Shown: positions 1-13,405 of the stretch, in pieces
Layout of the letters: the number at the start of each line of letters is the position of its first letter
Position numbering within the stretch: position 1 is the stretch's first letter
Assembly (NCBI GenBank): GCA_973895155.1
Contig: OZ316897.1
Span: 12,895,375-12,959,374 of the forward strand
Direction: 5' to 3'
Source of the DNA: Marsupella aquatica
Lineage: Eukaryota; Plantae; Marchantiophyta
Length of the DNA: 64,000 bases
Notes under the pieces: generated by a model
The model's input: only the letters and a program-made list of their open reading frames with translations
Databases searched by the model: none
What the model was told of the DNA's origin: nothing
Program-made: the position numbers and the translations under genes

Positions 1-1872
1 GCAATAACTTTTATTCGGCCAAGCCGTATGTACCTCCATGGTGCTCACTTTCCCATTTACACAGCTTTTTAAGACCCTTTGAATTTAGGATAGAATACAC
101 AAAACTAGATTCAGAATAAACACACTTCAATGTGGCCAAAGACACATCCTACCAAGAGGAATAATTCAAATACACGGAGTGTAGGGAGACCCTGGATTCA
201 CTATTTTTTTTCCCCCAAGCCGTTCAGATGTAGAGGTAGGTGGTAACTTGCATTCAACATGCATGAGGAGGAGGTGATGATCTGGAAATGTCAGAGAGTG
301 GTGCATTTACTGCAGGGTTCAATGGCAGGGAGAAACCTTCACGCCTTCGCCCCTCATGAGAGGTGGCCAGTTGTCAACCGTGTGGAGTTCAAGTTTAGCA
401 ATTTTTTAAGCGGACCCCTCCATATGGCCGAGGACACATCTTACCAGGAGGAAGGATTCAAATACGCAGAGGGAAGGGAGACCTTGCATTCTCTATTAGT
501 TTCCCAGCCGTTAAGATATAGGTGGTAGCTTGGATTCTCTATTATTTCCCCCAAGCAGCTAAGACATAGGTGGTAACTTGCATGCAACATCCATGAGGAG
601 GAGGTGGAGAGCTGGGAAATGTCAGAGAAGTCTGGTGACTTTACTGCAGGGGCCAATGGCAGAGAGAGGCAACTTCACGCCCTCACCACTCAGGAGGGGG
701 TCATTTGTCAACCGCGTCCAATTTTTAGCAAAGTTTCTTTTTGAGTTGCACTTTTGTTTCTTTGTTAAAGTAGCCAGCAATATTTTGCTGTAAGAATTTG
801 GCAAAAATTGTCAATAAAAAATGCTGATTTATCGTCTCAGTTGCACTGCAAATTTGGATGTCTGGCGTGATTACATACTAGACACTTAGAGTGCATGACG
901 TGCCTGGCTGAGCTGGAGTGATGGATCAATTGTGTGGAATGATTAGTGATGACCTGACTGAGGAAGGCTGGTAGGCAACCTGAAATTCCTGGCTTCCCCA
1001 CGCGGACTGTATGATTTAGTACTTTATCCTGTCCAGCTCTCTCCCACGGTTCAATTTTCAAGCGAGTAGCGTTTTCTGGGTGCCGGAGGACTGGTTGTCC
1101 ATTATAGCCAGCCAGCCACCTACTCTACTTCTCTTTCTGCCGGCAAAGGACAGGATACCCAAATCAAATCTCAACTGTATGCCTACTGCAGTACTGCTAC
1201 TCCCTTTTGTCAGATTGCTTCGGCGCAAGTTTCCATCTCAGTCTCTTTAGAATTGAGCTCTGCAATCTCCATGCAGACAATCCGTGTAGCATCACCAGAA
1301 TAGACGACGATATACATCGACAAGTTGCAGGACAAGGAAAGTTGGCAGAATACAGGTTTGTAAAAGAAGTGATCACCCTGGTTCAATGTGAGTAGTACTA
1401 TTGTAGCTTCAGTTCCAGAGTCGTAGGGTTTACTTTCAGATCAACCAGTTGTATTTTACTGAAAGTGCCTGGTCAAAAACCTTGAAAATTCCAATCTTCA
1501 CACTGGTACAGTTGTCGCCTCATGTTGCCCGGCAGTAAGGCCCAACTAGTAGTAAGCCCTTCACAATGCAGGCCCTAATTGTCTCACATACCAGTAGATC
1601 ACATTATCACTATATGAAACGGACTTGCTGACCCTGCGCCAGACCTGTCACACCATCGATGCATTTCCAATCACCTGCTGAGATATAAGGACACAATCTG
1701 ATCACCTGATGAGATTTAAGGAGATGTACTGCCTCCTCATTTTATTATTTGCCACCCTCGCTCAAAGTTTTACATCTACCAAAGTCAACACTTTTCCGTC
1801 CGGACAGGCTGCATGCAACTTTGGATTTAGCGTGCAGTGATCTAATGCGCGGCGCATGGGGCGGTTATCATT
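1..1872 (+). repeat. Segmental/tandem duplication, copy 1 (paralog at 59698-63011); contains two internal ~290-bp diverged units
   Basis: GCAATAACTTTTATT(C/T)GGCCAAGCC at 1 and at 59698; colinear similarity continues to ...TAATGCGCGGCG...TATCATTTG at ~1872 and ~63011, with several copy-specific indels. Confidence 0.92.
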
Positions 1873-2733
1873 TGCAGGGGACGTATCCTTGGAAAGTTAT
1901 GTCGGGGTTGTTCTCTGGATAGGTTCTGGAGAGCGCTGAAGGCGGGAGGGGGAATGACGGATGGTCGGTGGCGTGGGCTAATCGGAGCCAAGCAACACGA
2001 CGCGTTTCTCGAGTTGGATCGAATTCATCGCTCTGACTCACAACAAATGCGAAGGGCAGTCGCCACGGATCGATGTCCCTAACCTGCTTCCCTCCAATGG
2101 GCCTGGCGCTGCTACGAGGAAAGATGATATCTGAAGGCTAATAAATGCTGGCATCATTCTTCGTGGTAGAGCACTACAGCATGTCGTTGACGCAGGCCAA
2201 GGTCTCGAGTCCCAGTTTGCTGCTACAGAGGACAGTGTTTGGCGATAGTACCTCTGCATGCTGGTATCATCCCTAGCAGCGGCGATCGACGCACATTATT
2301 AGGTAGCAGAGATCGAAGCCACTGTAAGTCTCAGCCTGAAACCATTCCAGCTTGCTGCAGTAATTTATACATATCGAAGGAAGTTTATAAGCATTTGCAT
2401 GATTGTGTTTCCCGTCTGTTTCGTGGTTTGCCTGTGTAATTCTTGCAACTCGCGCTGCTGTGCGTGCTAGGTTACCCCTTGTCTCACGCTGAGTCTTCCC
2501 TGTCGAAATAAAACAGTATAAATGCTTCTGCATACTACTTACGTTCCCTCTATCAAGCTTTCTGAGGAATCCAAGCTCGATGAGTATTTTTTGATCTCAT
2601 CTTTGGATAGTTGGTCACGGCAAACCAACATTCCCTCCTGCAAGACTTTCCAGTGTCGGATATTTTCCCATTCAGACTCTCCACACTACTATAGCAGTGT
2701 CGGATATGTTCCCATCACTCTCCACACTATACA

Positions 2734-3352
2734 GCAGTGTCGGATATGTTTCAATCAGACTCCCCAGACTACTACAACAGTCTTTTCCATCGATCATCCG
2801 TGGACTGCGGCGCCATCGGATTTCGTTTTCATGATGGACAGTGGGATAGAAAAGTGTTATAGAATAGTTTATTGCAGGTCAAGGACGGCACAGGCAATTT
2901 TTACAGGCGAGTAAATTTGATCTCGAATTTGGATAGTTGGTCACGGCAAACCAACATTCCCTCCTGTACTCATTTGATCATTTGGGGTGGTAACAATCGT
3001 ATGCAGCGCGCCGCCGCCAGCTTTACTAACTCACTGCCTCTTGGTACTGAGCAAAGTTTCCACTGACAGTTTATAGGTACGTTTTCCCAAACGTGGCTTC
3101 ACGTAATAAACATCCGGAAGACATTGACGGTTGGGTCGGAGCGGGCGAGGAAAGCAGGAGCGGGCGAGGAAGCTTTCCTCTTGCTTTCCTCGCCTGTAAA
3201 AGTTGCCTGTGCCGTCCTTGATAAACTATTTTATAACACTTTTCTATCCCACTGTCCATCATGAAAACGAAACCCGATGGCGCCGCAGTCCACGGATGAT
3301 CCATGGAAGAGACTGCTCTAGTAGTCTGGCTGATTGAAACATATCCGACTGC
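2734..3352. repeat. Inverted repeat with ~165-175-bp arms (2734-2911 and 3189-3352), plus a ~50-bp direct duplication (2590-2640 / 2917-2967)
   Basis: Arms are reverse complements; the ORF track shows DHPWTAAPSxFVFMMDSGIEKCY on both strands; TTGGATAGTTGGTCACGGCAAACCAACATTCCCTCCTG occurs twice. Confidence 0.88.
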
Positions 3353-3810
3353 TTCCTCGGAACAAGAAGTTAACAAGTGTTATAAAATAGTATTTGGCAA
3401 CTTCCGACTTCCGCGGAACATAACTTCTTATTGCTCTTTTTCTTTTCCAAAACGTTATTCAACAAGAGGTTGCAGAGACTGAGGACCCAAATACTTTATG
3501 ATTGAAGTCCGATTTGCCACGAGGTGATTGGCCTCGGTTGGTTGTTTGTTTGTTGCTGCAGGCGTCAGATCCCTTAGAGGCAAGATAGTTCGGCTTCAAT
3601 GATTTGAATCAGTGGCAGCCACATCCGGGTTACTGGAGAATTGATCCCGCTCTGAAGACTGCATTCTCAAATCTAGATCTCATATATAGCTGGACAGAAG
3701 GTGGGAATATTCAGTGTAGAGTAATCTTTAGACTGATTTATTCAAATGAATAACTCATAACCAGGCCAGGTTCTCGTCAGCTGTAGATTATGCTTTATCT
3801 GTGCATTATC

Positions 3811-3931
3811 TGAGAATTCCATTTCATCACTTTTCGTTGATCTACAAGCAGGGATCTTTGGAGCAACCGGTTCGCTTCAGCTGTAGATCCCTGCTTGTAG
3901 ATCAGAAGAAAATTATGAAATCGAATTCTCA
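3811..3931. repeat. Hairpin with ~47-bp arms and a 20-bp perfect core
   Basis: TGATCTACAAGCAGGGATCT / AGATCCCTGCTTGTAGATCA, extended by TGAGAATTC..ATTTCAT / ATGAAAT..GAATTCTCA. Confidence 0.8.
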
Positions 3932-5072
3932 ATGGAACTCTTGTTCATAATATGCTCTTCATTGCCCTCGAGATATAATTGGAGCATTCTTTGTTTTATC
4001 TATATTTGTTAGGACTACCATCAGGGAGATCCAGGGCTTCTCAGTTGCGCGTAATTTTAGATGGAAAATGGATGCGTCAACAGTTGAAAATGTACCAAGA
4101 TGTAGCAGAGAGCCCCATAGTTTTGTCGGTAGTAGAAACCTTTCCTTTACTAGCCCGCATCAAATGGCTCTCGACACAACACACCAAAACACCAAAACAA
4201 AGCGTTTCAAACATCACACTAACCGTGAATTAAAGAAAAGCTTTGTTAGCCATTGGTTGTGAAACAATCTAAGTTATTCTCCTTCCCAACTCTGGAGAAT
4301 CTGAATAGAAGGTTTGCCTTTCTATTGTCCGGAGCAAAAAGCTAAAATAAAGTGGCCAATTATTCAGCTAAATACTGATCTAAACTCTACAATATACACT
4401 TTTGGAGGGAACGAATTATGACTATAGGATTTAATTTTCAATTTTCTCAGCCATAACATGTGCTGGAAAAGAAAATAAAGAGCAAATACTAGCTTGGAGC
4501 ACTTCCATCCACACCTAGATCATGCACTAACATCCAAGATTCCTATCTCAAGGTCATTCACCAGTGACTTTGGGTTCATTGACATGTGACTATCATGGGT
4601 AGGTGGGTCTAAAACGAAAAGCTACTAGGGCCACATTACAAAGAAAACCAGTTTGTACATATGATTGCCCCATTCACATAAAGGAACATGATGATAGAAC
4701 CTAGAAAACAATATACATTACAATTTTGAGTTGAAAACATTAAATAATAGAATACTGAAAAATGATTTAAAGTGTTTTGAAAGAAGAAGACAACTCTTTC
4801 TCTATTCATGAAGAACTTTTTCAAGTTACATTGACCCTAATTAATCCTCAATTCTTTTTTGCAACAACGTCATTGACTAATGACACAATGGTTACAACCA
4901 TAATATGGAAATAATGATAAATTGGTCCCAACTATGAAATGGCAGCAACAATGAAATTGCTGCAATGACAATTGTAATGGCTGGCTCGTCCTACAATAAT
5001 TACTCTAGTGTGGGTTACCAAAAGAACTCTCAAAAACAGAAAAGGCCTGGAGCTGTGGCTGGTGGGCTGTGG

Positions 5073-5104
5073 CTTAGGGTGGCTTTACGAGACGTTGGGG
5101 GCAG
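5073..5104 (+). mobile_element. PIF/Harbinger-type terminal sequence (left-type end)
   Basis: C-TTA-GGGTGGCTTTACGAGACGTTGGGGGCAG matches the reverse complement of 58170-58201 at 28/32; GGG start next to TTA. Confidence 0.55.
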
Positions 5105-8100
5105 CTTCCTGATCAGGTCTCCAAGAAATGGTTCTAATTCAATGCTGTGCTGTGGGAACTCAGACCCAAGAATGCGTTTCACCGTCCATGCAAACGAAGA
5201 ATTCTTCCTCCAGATGCTCTGTGGTGCCTGCAGTCCCCCAGAAAACACCTTCCCATCGTGGAAAAACTCATGTCTCCCACAAATCATTTTCACTCGAGGC
5301 TCTAGACTAAACCGAGTTCTCACCACTAATTTTTCGAAGCATTTAACCCGTTTTCCAGAGATTTCAAATCTAAACCTCCCGTGACAACAATTCCAGTCAC
5401 ACCCAATTTGGCAGCCTACACAGACAAACGCGTCCAACAGTGAATTCTTGCTTTTAATTAAGCCCTCATGGACCTTCACCTTTGACAAACTACTCAGATA
5501 GATCATTGCAATTGGGATGGTCCGCATCAAAGGACTCAGATAGATTTTTGCAACTCTGATGGTCCACACCAAAACTCTCTTCCTGCTTACATAGAACAGA
5601 TTACATGGATGAGTGAAATGCGGGAAAGACAACAAGACAGTAATCTCTGAAGACTTGCAGGTCTCTCAGCTCTCACAGAAATTTGACGACCTTAGTTCAT
5701 TGAAAAGATCTTTCCGAGTAATTTTTAACAGTGACCCAACTAAATAAGATTCAACTGGATATTGACGGGAGATACTAAATGTAGAAGTTAGCTCCCAAAT
5801 GGTTTTCAAAAGCCTGAAGATGAAGCTATGGGACTTTTCATTTGGAAAGGTCTTTCGTTGAAACTTCTAACAAACCCAGGAAGAGCCAATTCCATTCAAT
5901 AGAAACGATGATAACTAACGTCAAACTTTGCAGTTGTAAACTGGATGGGTTCTACTCCAAATTAATCATCTTGGGTGGGTTCAATGTGTTTCTGTATACC
6001 TGAGCCCTTAATATACTTGGCCTAGTTTCAGTCCTCACTGGCTTCTTTTGGCAACAAGTCTACAAGATTTTCCAGTTTCTTGCTCACTAGGGCTTCAGTT
6101 CTTTTTGTCATACTTAGGGGCTCTGTGTCGTTTTTTTTTCTCTAAGTGGGTTTTTGGCCTTTGATCTTTGTGTGTTTCCCTTGTTTTCTCCCCTTTATTG
6201 AGTTTCTTGTCGTTTGAAGTGTTTACAGCATTTTTTGTTCATTGGCAGTGTTATATATATTATAGGCCAGTTGCACTGCTTGTTCTGGGCTGGGTTCTGG
6301 GGTGGTTACTCTCATGAAGTACACCTAAATGTTGGCTTATTTTCCATGAGTGTTGCCAAAGTGTATCCAGGCAATTTAAACAACAATGGATATCACAAGG
6401 GCTTCAGACTTTAATTTCCCTCATGTTATTGGAAATCTTTGTCAGTAAAACTTTCCTTTGGAAACCAAATAGAAAAACACAGAAATGGGTGAAACAGCAA
6501 CATAAAAACATTTGACAAAATGGAGCCAATGTGGTAATTATGCAAAAGAGATTTTATCATGGGTGGATGGATGGTTGGGATGTATTTTCAAGGCTAGGCA
6601 GGGGGGGGGAATTTGGTCATTAAAACTTGCCAATCGTGAAACGTCCCAGGAAACATCATCAGTTCTTTTCTTAAATAATATTTATTCCACTTTAAATAAA
6701 AAATTAATTTATTTATAACAAGAAATAATATATTTCTTTTAAAAAATGTATTGATTCTATATAAATAAGGGCAAAATATAAGAGAGAAAAACCCTGTGCA
6801 AATTTTGGCTATATAGCTGGCTCATCCTAGAACTGGCTTTTGTTATTTGTTTGTAGCATAAATATTACTAGTTTAAGCCATATACGAGTCTAGGACCATA
6901 TAGGAGTTCAGGGTGCATACTAGTTTAGAGCAGCGGATTTAGGGCAGCGAATTGACGGCTGTCCCTGGCTGAAACCACAAAAGATTTGTGCTAATGAGAT
7001 TTGCTGAGTCCCTCTTTCCATGCTCAGTTGCTTGTTCTCTCGTTGTGTTATGCTCATTGAGTCCTCTGCTCATCAGTGCCGTGGCCTCTTGTGTTGCTCT
7101 GACTACTCTTTTTCTCGTGGTGGTGGTAGCCTTGCTCCACATCCTGTCGTGGTGCAATGCTCTTTTTCTCGTGGTGTGGTGGAAGTCTCACTTGTGGCCG
7201 TTGTGTACTCGATGTGGGTGTTTGGCCTGGGTGCAGTTCTCACTCTCTGGTGGTGGGGCTTTCTCTCTCATGGTGCTGGTCTTACTGGTCGGGGCCTCGG
7301 TTGCATGTGCTCCTCTTGTTTTGATTGCTCTGACTTGGCTGTACTATAATTGTTTTGGCCCTCAGCTGTGTTCTCCTGCTGCTGCACTATTTCAGCCTTG
7401 GTGCGGAGGGTTGATCAGAGGAGAAGAGAGGCTGAAAGTCTAGAAAGAAAGGCTGCTTTCAAGGGCTTGTGTGGAACACTGCTGAAGTGGCCGGATTGTT
7501 TAGGTTTAATTGGGTGTAAGCAATAAACCTATAAGGTGTTGTGCTATTATCTTCTGTGCTCTGTTCAATAAAACTCAGATTGTCTCCGGTTTCAATCCTG
7601 TCTCAAGATTTTGTTCTGTAGCATTCAAGTTTTGAATACTTGGAAATTTTCAGTGCTTACATACAATGTGAGTTTTTGGATGTTTAGGACAGGTTCTATT
7701 TTAAGCATTCTGTGGGTAACTTTGGACAGCCATTCAATCTCAGTTGCTTCTACTTCACTTCTCAATGAAAGGGTAAGACATCTGCTGTTTTCCGTTTGAA
7801 TGTGTTTGTGTCTGCATTTGCAATTTAGTCATGAACTTGAGGGGGGGGGGGGGGGGGCGTTCACTACACGGAGGGCCATACATCCAGTGTGTTGTTTTAG
7901 GGTTTGACCCCCTAACTTATAAGTGTTTTTTTTTAAATTAAATTTTGCCATTTTTTACTGAAAACCCCTAAAAACTTCAAAGAAAGTATTATTTACTATT
8001 AAATAGGCATATTTGTTCATTACATCACTCAATAAAACATGCACTCTTTGTTGACTTTGGAAATTTTTTGCCACATCCATTTAAATGGGCCTATACTTTG

Positions 8101-11100
8101 TCACTGTACATGATGTGCCATTTCCATGAAAGTGACCCCCATGAAGTCACAAAGCTGAAAATTGTTTGGTTTTCGACATGGATACTGCTCATTTTGCTAG
8201 GCTGCTTGTGAGGGCTGTCTACTTAGCTCTCTTTTTGCTTGTTTGTGCTCAGGTCTTTTTGGCTCCACAATGTTTGGCTCTTTCAAGTTTATTTTAGCTT
8301 TGTGTTCCTTTTGGCCTGGGCTGCTCTTGAAGGCTGTGTGCTCAAGTTTTGGCTGCGTGCCCGGTGCTGCTGATCTTTCGGCCTCAGTTCTTTTTTGTCC
8401 GGTGTGGTCTGTTTTACTCTGTAGCAGAGTTCCGTCCAATTCTCACTTGTGTACTTTACAGAGGCTTCGTTGACACATCCAATGTGCATGGCATTTTGTA
8501 TCATTTTTTGAGTCAAACTCTGCTTGGAAGCCCGCTTGGAAGGCTGTTCAAGAACAGTTCAGGGTTCAATTCCCTGTTGGCGCTATGAGGTGACGGGTTT
8601 GGAAAAGCACTTACTAAAAAAAAATGGGAAAATAATCAGAACACAGGTCACAGGTAGGTGCCCTTGGATAAATGAATGACATTTGTTTCTGCTCAAGTGT
8701 ATCGCCAATGTTGCTGATGCCAAGGGGAACGATGTTTATGTTTAGAGTTGCCTTTTTTGTTTTTACTGAACAAATGATAGTATCCACCAAAAAAAAACCT
8801 CATTTGCTTGGCTATTTTTACATCTTGAATTTTTTTTCCAGCATTGCTGAGTTGTGTGTTAAATGTAAATGTACATTTTCTTTAAAGGGGCTAGTGATTG
8901 AAGAATAGATGTATTTAGAGAGCTCACTTAGTTGTCCACACTGTACTCATTCTAAGTGCTACATTATTGAGCCTATCTTCCAACACCCAGAAAATGACAC
9001 ACTGAAGCAGCCAAATCACACTGACTTCGCCCCCATCAAAATTCATCTCTGCATACTTGAGATCACAAAATTCCGCATAGACCTTGGATTCCATTCATCA
9101 GACTGCATCATGATAGAGAGATGTACATACATCAAGTCAAACATAAACGTAGTATGCAGAACAGTTTTTTGATTCATGGGACCCCAAAAATGAATTTAAG
9201 TATGCAGAACAGTTTTTTGCTTCATGGGACCCTAATTGATCACGGTTGATGGACCTTCATACACCTCGAAGCATGTAGACTGTTTTCTTTCGGAAGGAAG
9301 ACTCAGTGTGAAACAAGGGGGTAACCTAGCATGGCATAGCATCGTGAGTTGCGGATAATTATGTCCAGACAAATAACGAAACAAACACGAAACAGAATGG
9401 GGTTCTTGTACAACTTATTATGGGGACCCACTATACGGTCCTCCTTGGAATGGAGACGGTAAAATTTGCACTTCAGCCCTTCACTTGAGACTTGAGTGTC
9501 GCGATTAAGTAGAGGGAATGGGGACAAATCTGAACAGTAAGGAATGTTTTTCTTGCAACACTTGTTTTATTCACCTAAATTTACATATCCTGCCTGCGTC
9601 ACTTAGTGTAGGGATTAGTGTAGGCAATGGGGACAAATAATAATGAGTGTGAGCAATAATAAACTCTGCCTGTGCCACTTACGAGTCGGGATCGATTAAG
9701 TTTAGGGCATGGGGACAAATCATAATGAATAATTAGGAATATTTTTCCATGGCGTTTTTTATTCACCTATATTTACGGGGTTATTAGGCTAGTCCAGTAA
9801 TTGAATTGCCTCCCTGTCTCCAACTGTGGGATGGTCGGATGGAGATACAAACACACAGGGCATGAGTCTGACATTGCCTAACGACTCTTCTAGCTGAGTG
9901 TGCCGCTCTGATCAGAAATCAACTGTCCCAGGTAAATATATCAGGGGTTTGGCATTTTATAGAGTCCCCGTGCATTGCCTTGCTGAGGTGGCCACACGCT
10001 GCCGCGATCTCGCCCTGTGTGTATGCGCCTTGCCATCGGCGCGACCTTGCCTGGTGCCCCTTACCAGTTCCCCTCCCGTAGCTGCCAGTTTCCTCTCCCA
10101 CCTCCATTAACCACCCTCACCATTCGCTGTCCTCCCTGCCATGGGCTGCCTTTGGCCTGCCCATGGGTGTACTCCAGGCCAGAAGAACAGTAAGTTCTTT
10201 GCCATCCACGGATGGCAAGGAAATTCAGAATGTCTAAATGTTTGTGAAAGAGCTTAGTAGCTCTACGTAAATGACAAGTACCGAATGAGAAACCCGACCC
10301 TGTGATTTCTAACTGAGAACAATAACTGTGCATACCTATTGAGAATTTCCAGTGTAATGTGCTTGAAGAAGAAATGTTCGATCTTCTCCCCTCTTGTGTA
10401 ATCTTTTGCCTTGCATGTCTTCGCCCCAGTGTTTGATGACATCTCTAGCATGCTCATCGTTGTAGAAGCGGTCGTTCATACAGGAGATAACAAGTGGCAC
10501 GGCCCATTAGAAGGCAAAGGCGATTGTTATCTCAGCCTTCAAATTCTACTTACGAGGCCTTCCCAGCTTTTGGAATTGCTACAGGGTGCCAGCCATTATA
10601 GTAGCCTTCTCATCCTGGGGAGGTGTGCGTAAGGATTTATAGCTCGGAGACGGAGAACCTATCGGAGTCTAGGGATTCTACGCTCGCGTGCATGTCGGAA
10701 GTGTACTGTGAGGGTATGTTTGTCAGTCTTGACTGATTCCCGAGTTGCAGTACCTACTGTGTAGGTACAGAGACGCCCGAGCAGCTGGATGCTGAGCCGC
10801 CGGTCAGACAATGGTCAAATCTCAAACAAGTTCTCTTTGCAGAGCGCTTTGTCTCTCTCAATCACCACTGGACCTACCACAATCATGAGGCCACATGATC
10901 ATCAGAAGTCTCCGCCTAGTATCTCACCTAATCTTAAGGACATCGCACAGTCTAATTTGCATTAAGTTGTTACCATAGAGATTTCTTCCCATATAATTAT
11001 TAAAACGCAGTTGTCTTCCATTGGACTCCAATGTTCATGGAAGCAGGAACGGACCTCCATGTTTGACAAAAGACTCAGATTTTTTAAATCATGATGGACT

Positions 11101-11181
11101 GCAGTAAAAATTCTCTCTCTGTTCATATAGCATACATTACGTAGATGAGTAATATGTGATAATGTGCTCACGGAGAGTAAT

Positions 11182-12381
11182 CCCTGTATAGTCATTAAAT
11201 GTGTCTCAGTATTCCCCCATTGCCTACCGGAAACCCTTAGTCATTAAATGTGTCTCAGTATTCCCCCATTGCCTACCGGAAACCCTCCCTGTGTTTTACC
11301 ATTTTTGGCTCAGTCCTTCTCATTTTTTCAAGCCAGAGAATATTTTTTCTCTGAATGCCCGCTGCTGCCAGTGCCCACCTTTCAATTAATTGAATTAACT
11401 TTTTTCACATTTCACTTGTACATTTTCATAAGGGCATTTTTAATTTCACTTTCATAGGGGCTTTTTGAATTACACATTCAGCGTGTCCCCGGGAACAAAT
11501 TGACTCTAAATTTTCTCTCCTTTTTGCTTGTACATTGCAGAATTTTTTTGCAGAAGATTCTGGAAATGTCAACATAGTCCTTGTGAACTGTAGCGTATTT
11601 ATTACTTCCTTTGTTGGAAAATTGTCACTATCATTCTAACACAACCTTTCCTGCCTCAAATGTTTATCAGGATGAGGATGCTACAGATTTCAACAAACTT
11701 TGGGACAAAGACATGCGAGGGCAAAAGATTGCACAAGAGGGGATAAGATTGAACATTTCTCTTCAAACACATTACACTGGAAAAATATCCTGACTGAGTT
11801 TTCAAATTTGCCTGCAACCACTTACACTGGTGGACTGCCCTTCATTGAATGACACTACCTCATAAAAACTGAACTCTATTTTTTCAAAACTTCAATGAGA
11901 CATACCATCCACTCTACTCCTTTATGTCTTCTACGGAAGAGATGGGGAATTGCATAACCTCACTTTCCTGAAAAATGTCAGGGTATACCAAAGGTCCTAG
12001 CTTCGAGACACTGGCAAGTGCCAGAAACAAAACGTACTGACTCGACCATTGCAGTGGGCAATGGGGAGTAGAGTACTTGGGGCATAGAGTACATTTGTGT
12101 GGAGAGTACCTTGAGAACATGAGACCTTCAGTTTCACGCCCATGCATTGCACAAGGCACCCTAGAATTGAGAGATTAGGTTAGGATGTCTTAAAAATACA
12201 TTTAATATTAAATAAATTTTAATAATGGATAATCTGGACACGGGCAGCATTCAAATGTCAAGTACAGAAGCAAACTGGCCTGAAAAAGTGACAAGGACTC
12301 ACCCAAAAATGTTGAAACGCAGGGGAAGGTTTCCGGTGGGAAGTGGAGGAATAGCAAGGCACATTTAATGAGTATCCAGGG
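11182..12381. mobile_element. Old non-autonomous TIR element with ~110-bp imperfect TIRs; the left TIR contains a 49-bp tandem duplication (11189-11286)
   Basis: CCCTGTATAGTCATTAAATGTG...CCGGAAACC...CATTTTTGG..AGTCCTT..CA.TTTTTCA.GCCAG is mirrored by 12275-12381; no clean TSD. Confidence 0.7.
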
Positions 12382-13405
12382 TCAATGTACAGAGTACGGG
12401 GAAGCCTCTGTACACAACTGACAATCATAATGTACTACTTCGCTCCATACCATGACAATACTCCCTCAATGACCACACCGTAGTGTATCATCAAATTTTG
12501 ACAGCCGCATATTACCACATTTTGATACGTGGTTACCGGCAGAGGAGCAGAACCAGGGAAAAAGTACATCAGCCATGAATAAAAGAACGCCGTCTTTCCG
12601 TCTGCTCTCCTTCCTGCGTGTCAGTTTCCTCCGTTGGATTTCGAATCTGCATGCTAGTCGTCGATTGACGTAGCATACTGTCTACTGCGTTCGCATCCCA
12701 CTTCCACTCTCATTCTCCTCGGAAACTCTCTTTCTCCTTCCTCTCTCTCCTTCCACTCTCTCTCCTTCCTCTCTCTCCTTCCTCTCTCATTCTCCTCGGA
12801 AACTCTCGTTCTCCTTCCACTCTCATGTACGCACTCGTGGAGATTGCACTCGTGGGCTCCGTTGGCACCGTGCGAGTTCAGCAATTTTTCAATTCTTGTA
12901 AGATCCTCGAGACTCAGCACTTCCAGGTTTGCAAAAGCCAGAAGATGATGCTAAGTTCGATCACATTGTGCGCTCGCATGCTTGCTCTCGATTTCATAAT
13001 CTTAGAGAAGAAATTTCGATCCATTGCATGCTATTTAAATCATATATGTGAGTGCTCAAGTTACCTCTCAAGTTACCTCTCGTTGTTGCTGTTGCTGCAG
13101 GAGCGTAACCCTGGTTGATTGCCTGTGCTCTCTCCTTCTTCACTCAGTGGGAGCGCTGATTCGAAGGCAGCTAAGGCACCAGCAGTTGGCAGTGACACGG
13201 AGTGTATACTTGAGAGCTTAAGTCCTCACACGGTGCCTCCGTGACATCAGGTATTCCGCTGACTCTCGTCTGTTATTTCAAGCTAACCTCACATATCGTA
13301 TGGTCGTGATTTAGCAATGATCTATGTTGCCAGATGAGCCAACCCCACATTTAGTATGGTCGTGATTTAGCCAGATCTGGTCCATTAGCTTTGAATGGAT
13401 TGAAA

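Noticed and set aside
7841-7857. Poly-G tract
   Set aside because: Simple homopolymer, possibly of inaccurate length; no functional evidence.
4965-8588. ORFs of 139-201 aa and hydrophobic low-complexity ORFs
   Set aside because: No recognisable motifs; overlapping frames on both strands; likely decayed or non-coding.
9900-10640. Coding-like minus-strand remnant (CMNDRFYNDEHARDVIKHWG.., HPWMAKNLLFFWPG)
   Set aside because: Looks like a decayed gene but I cannot assign a family; needs BLASTX.
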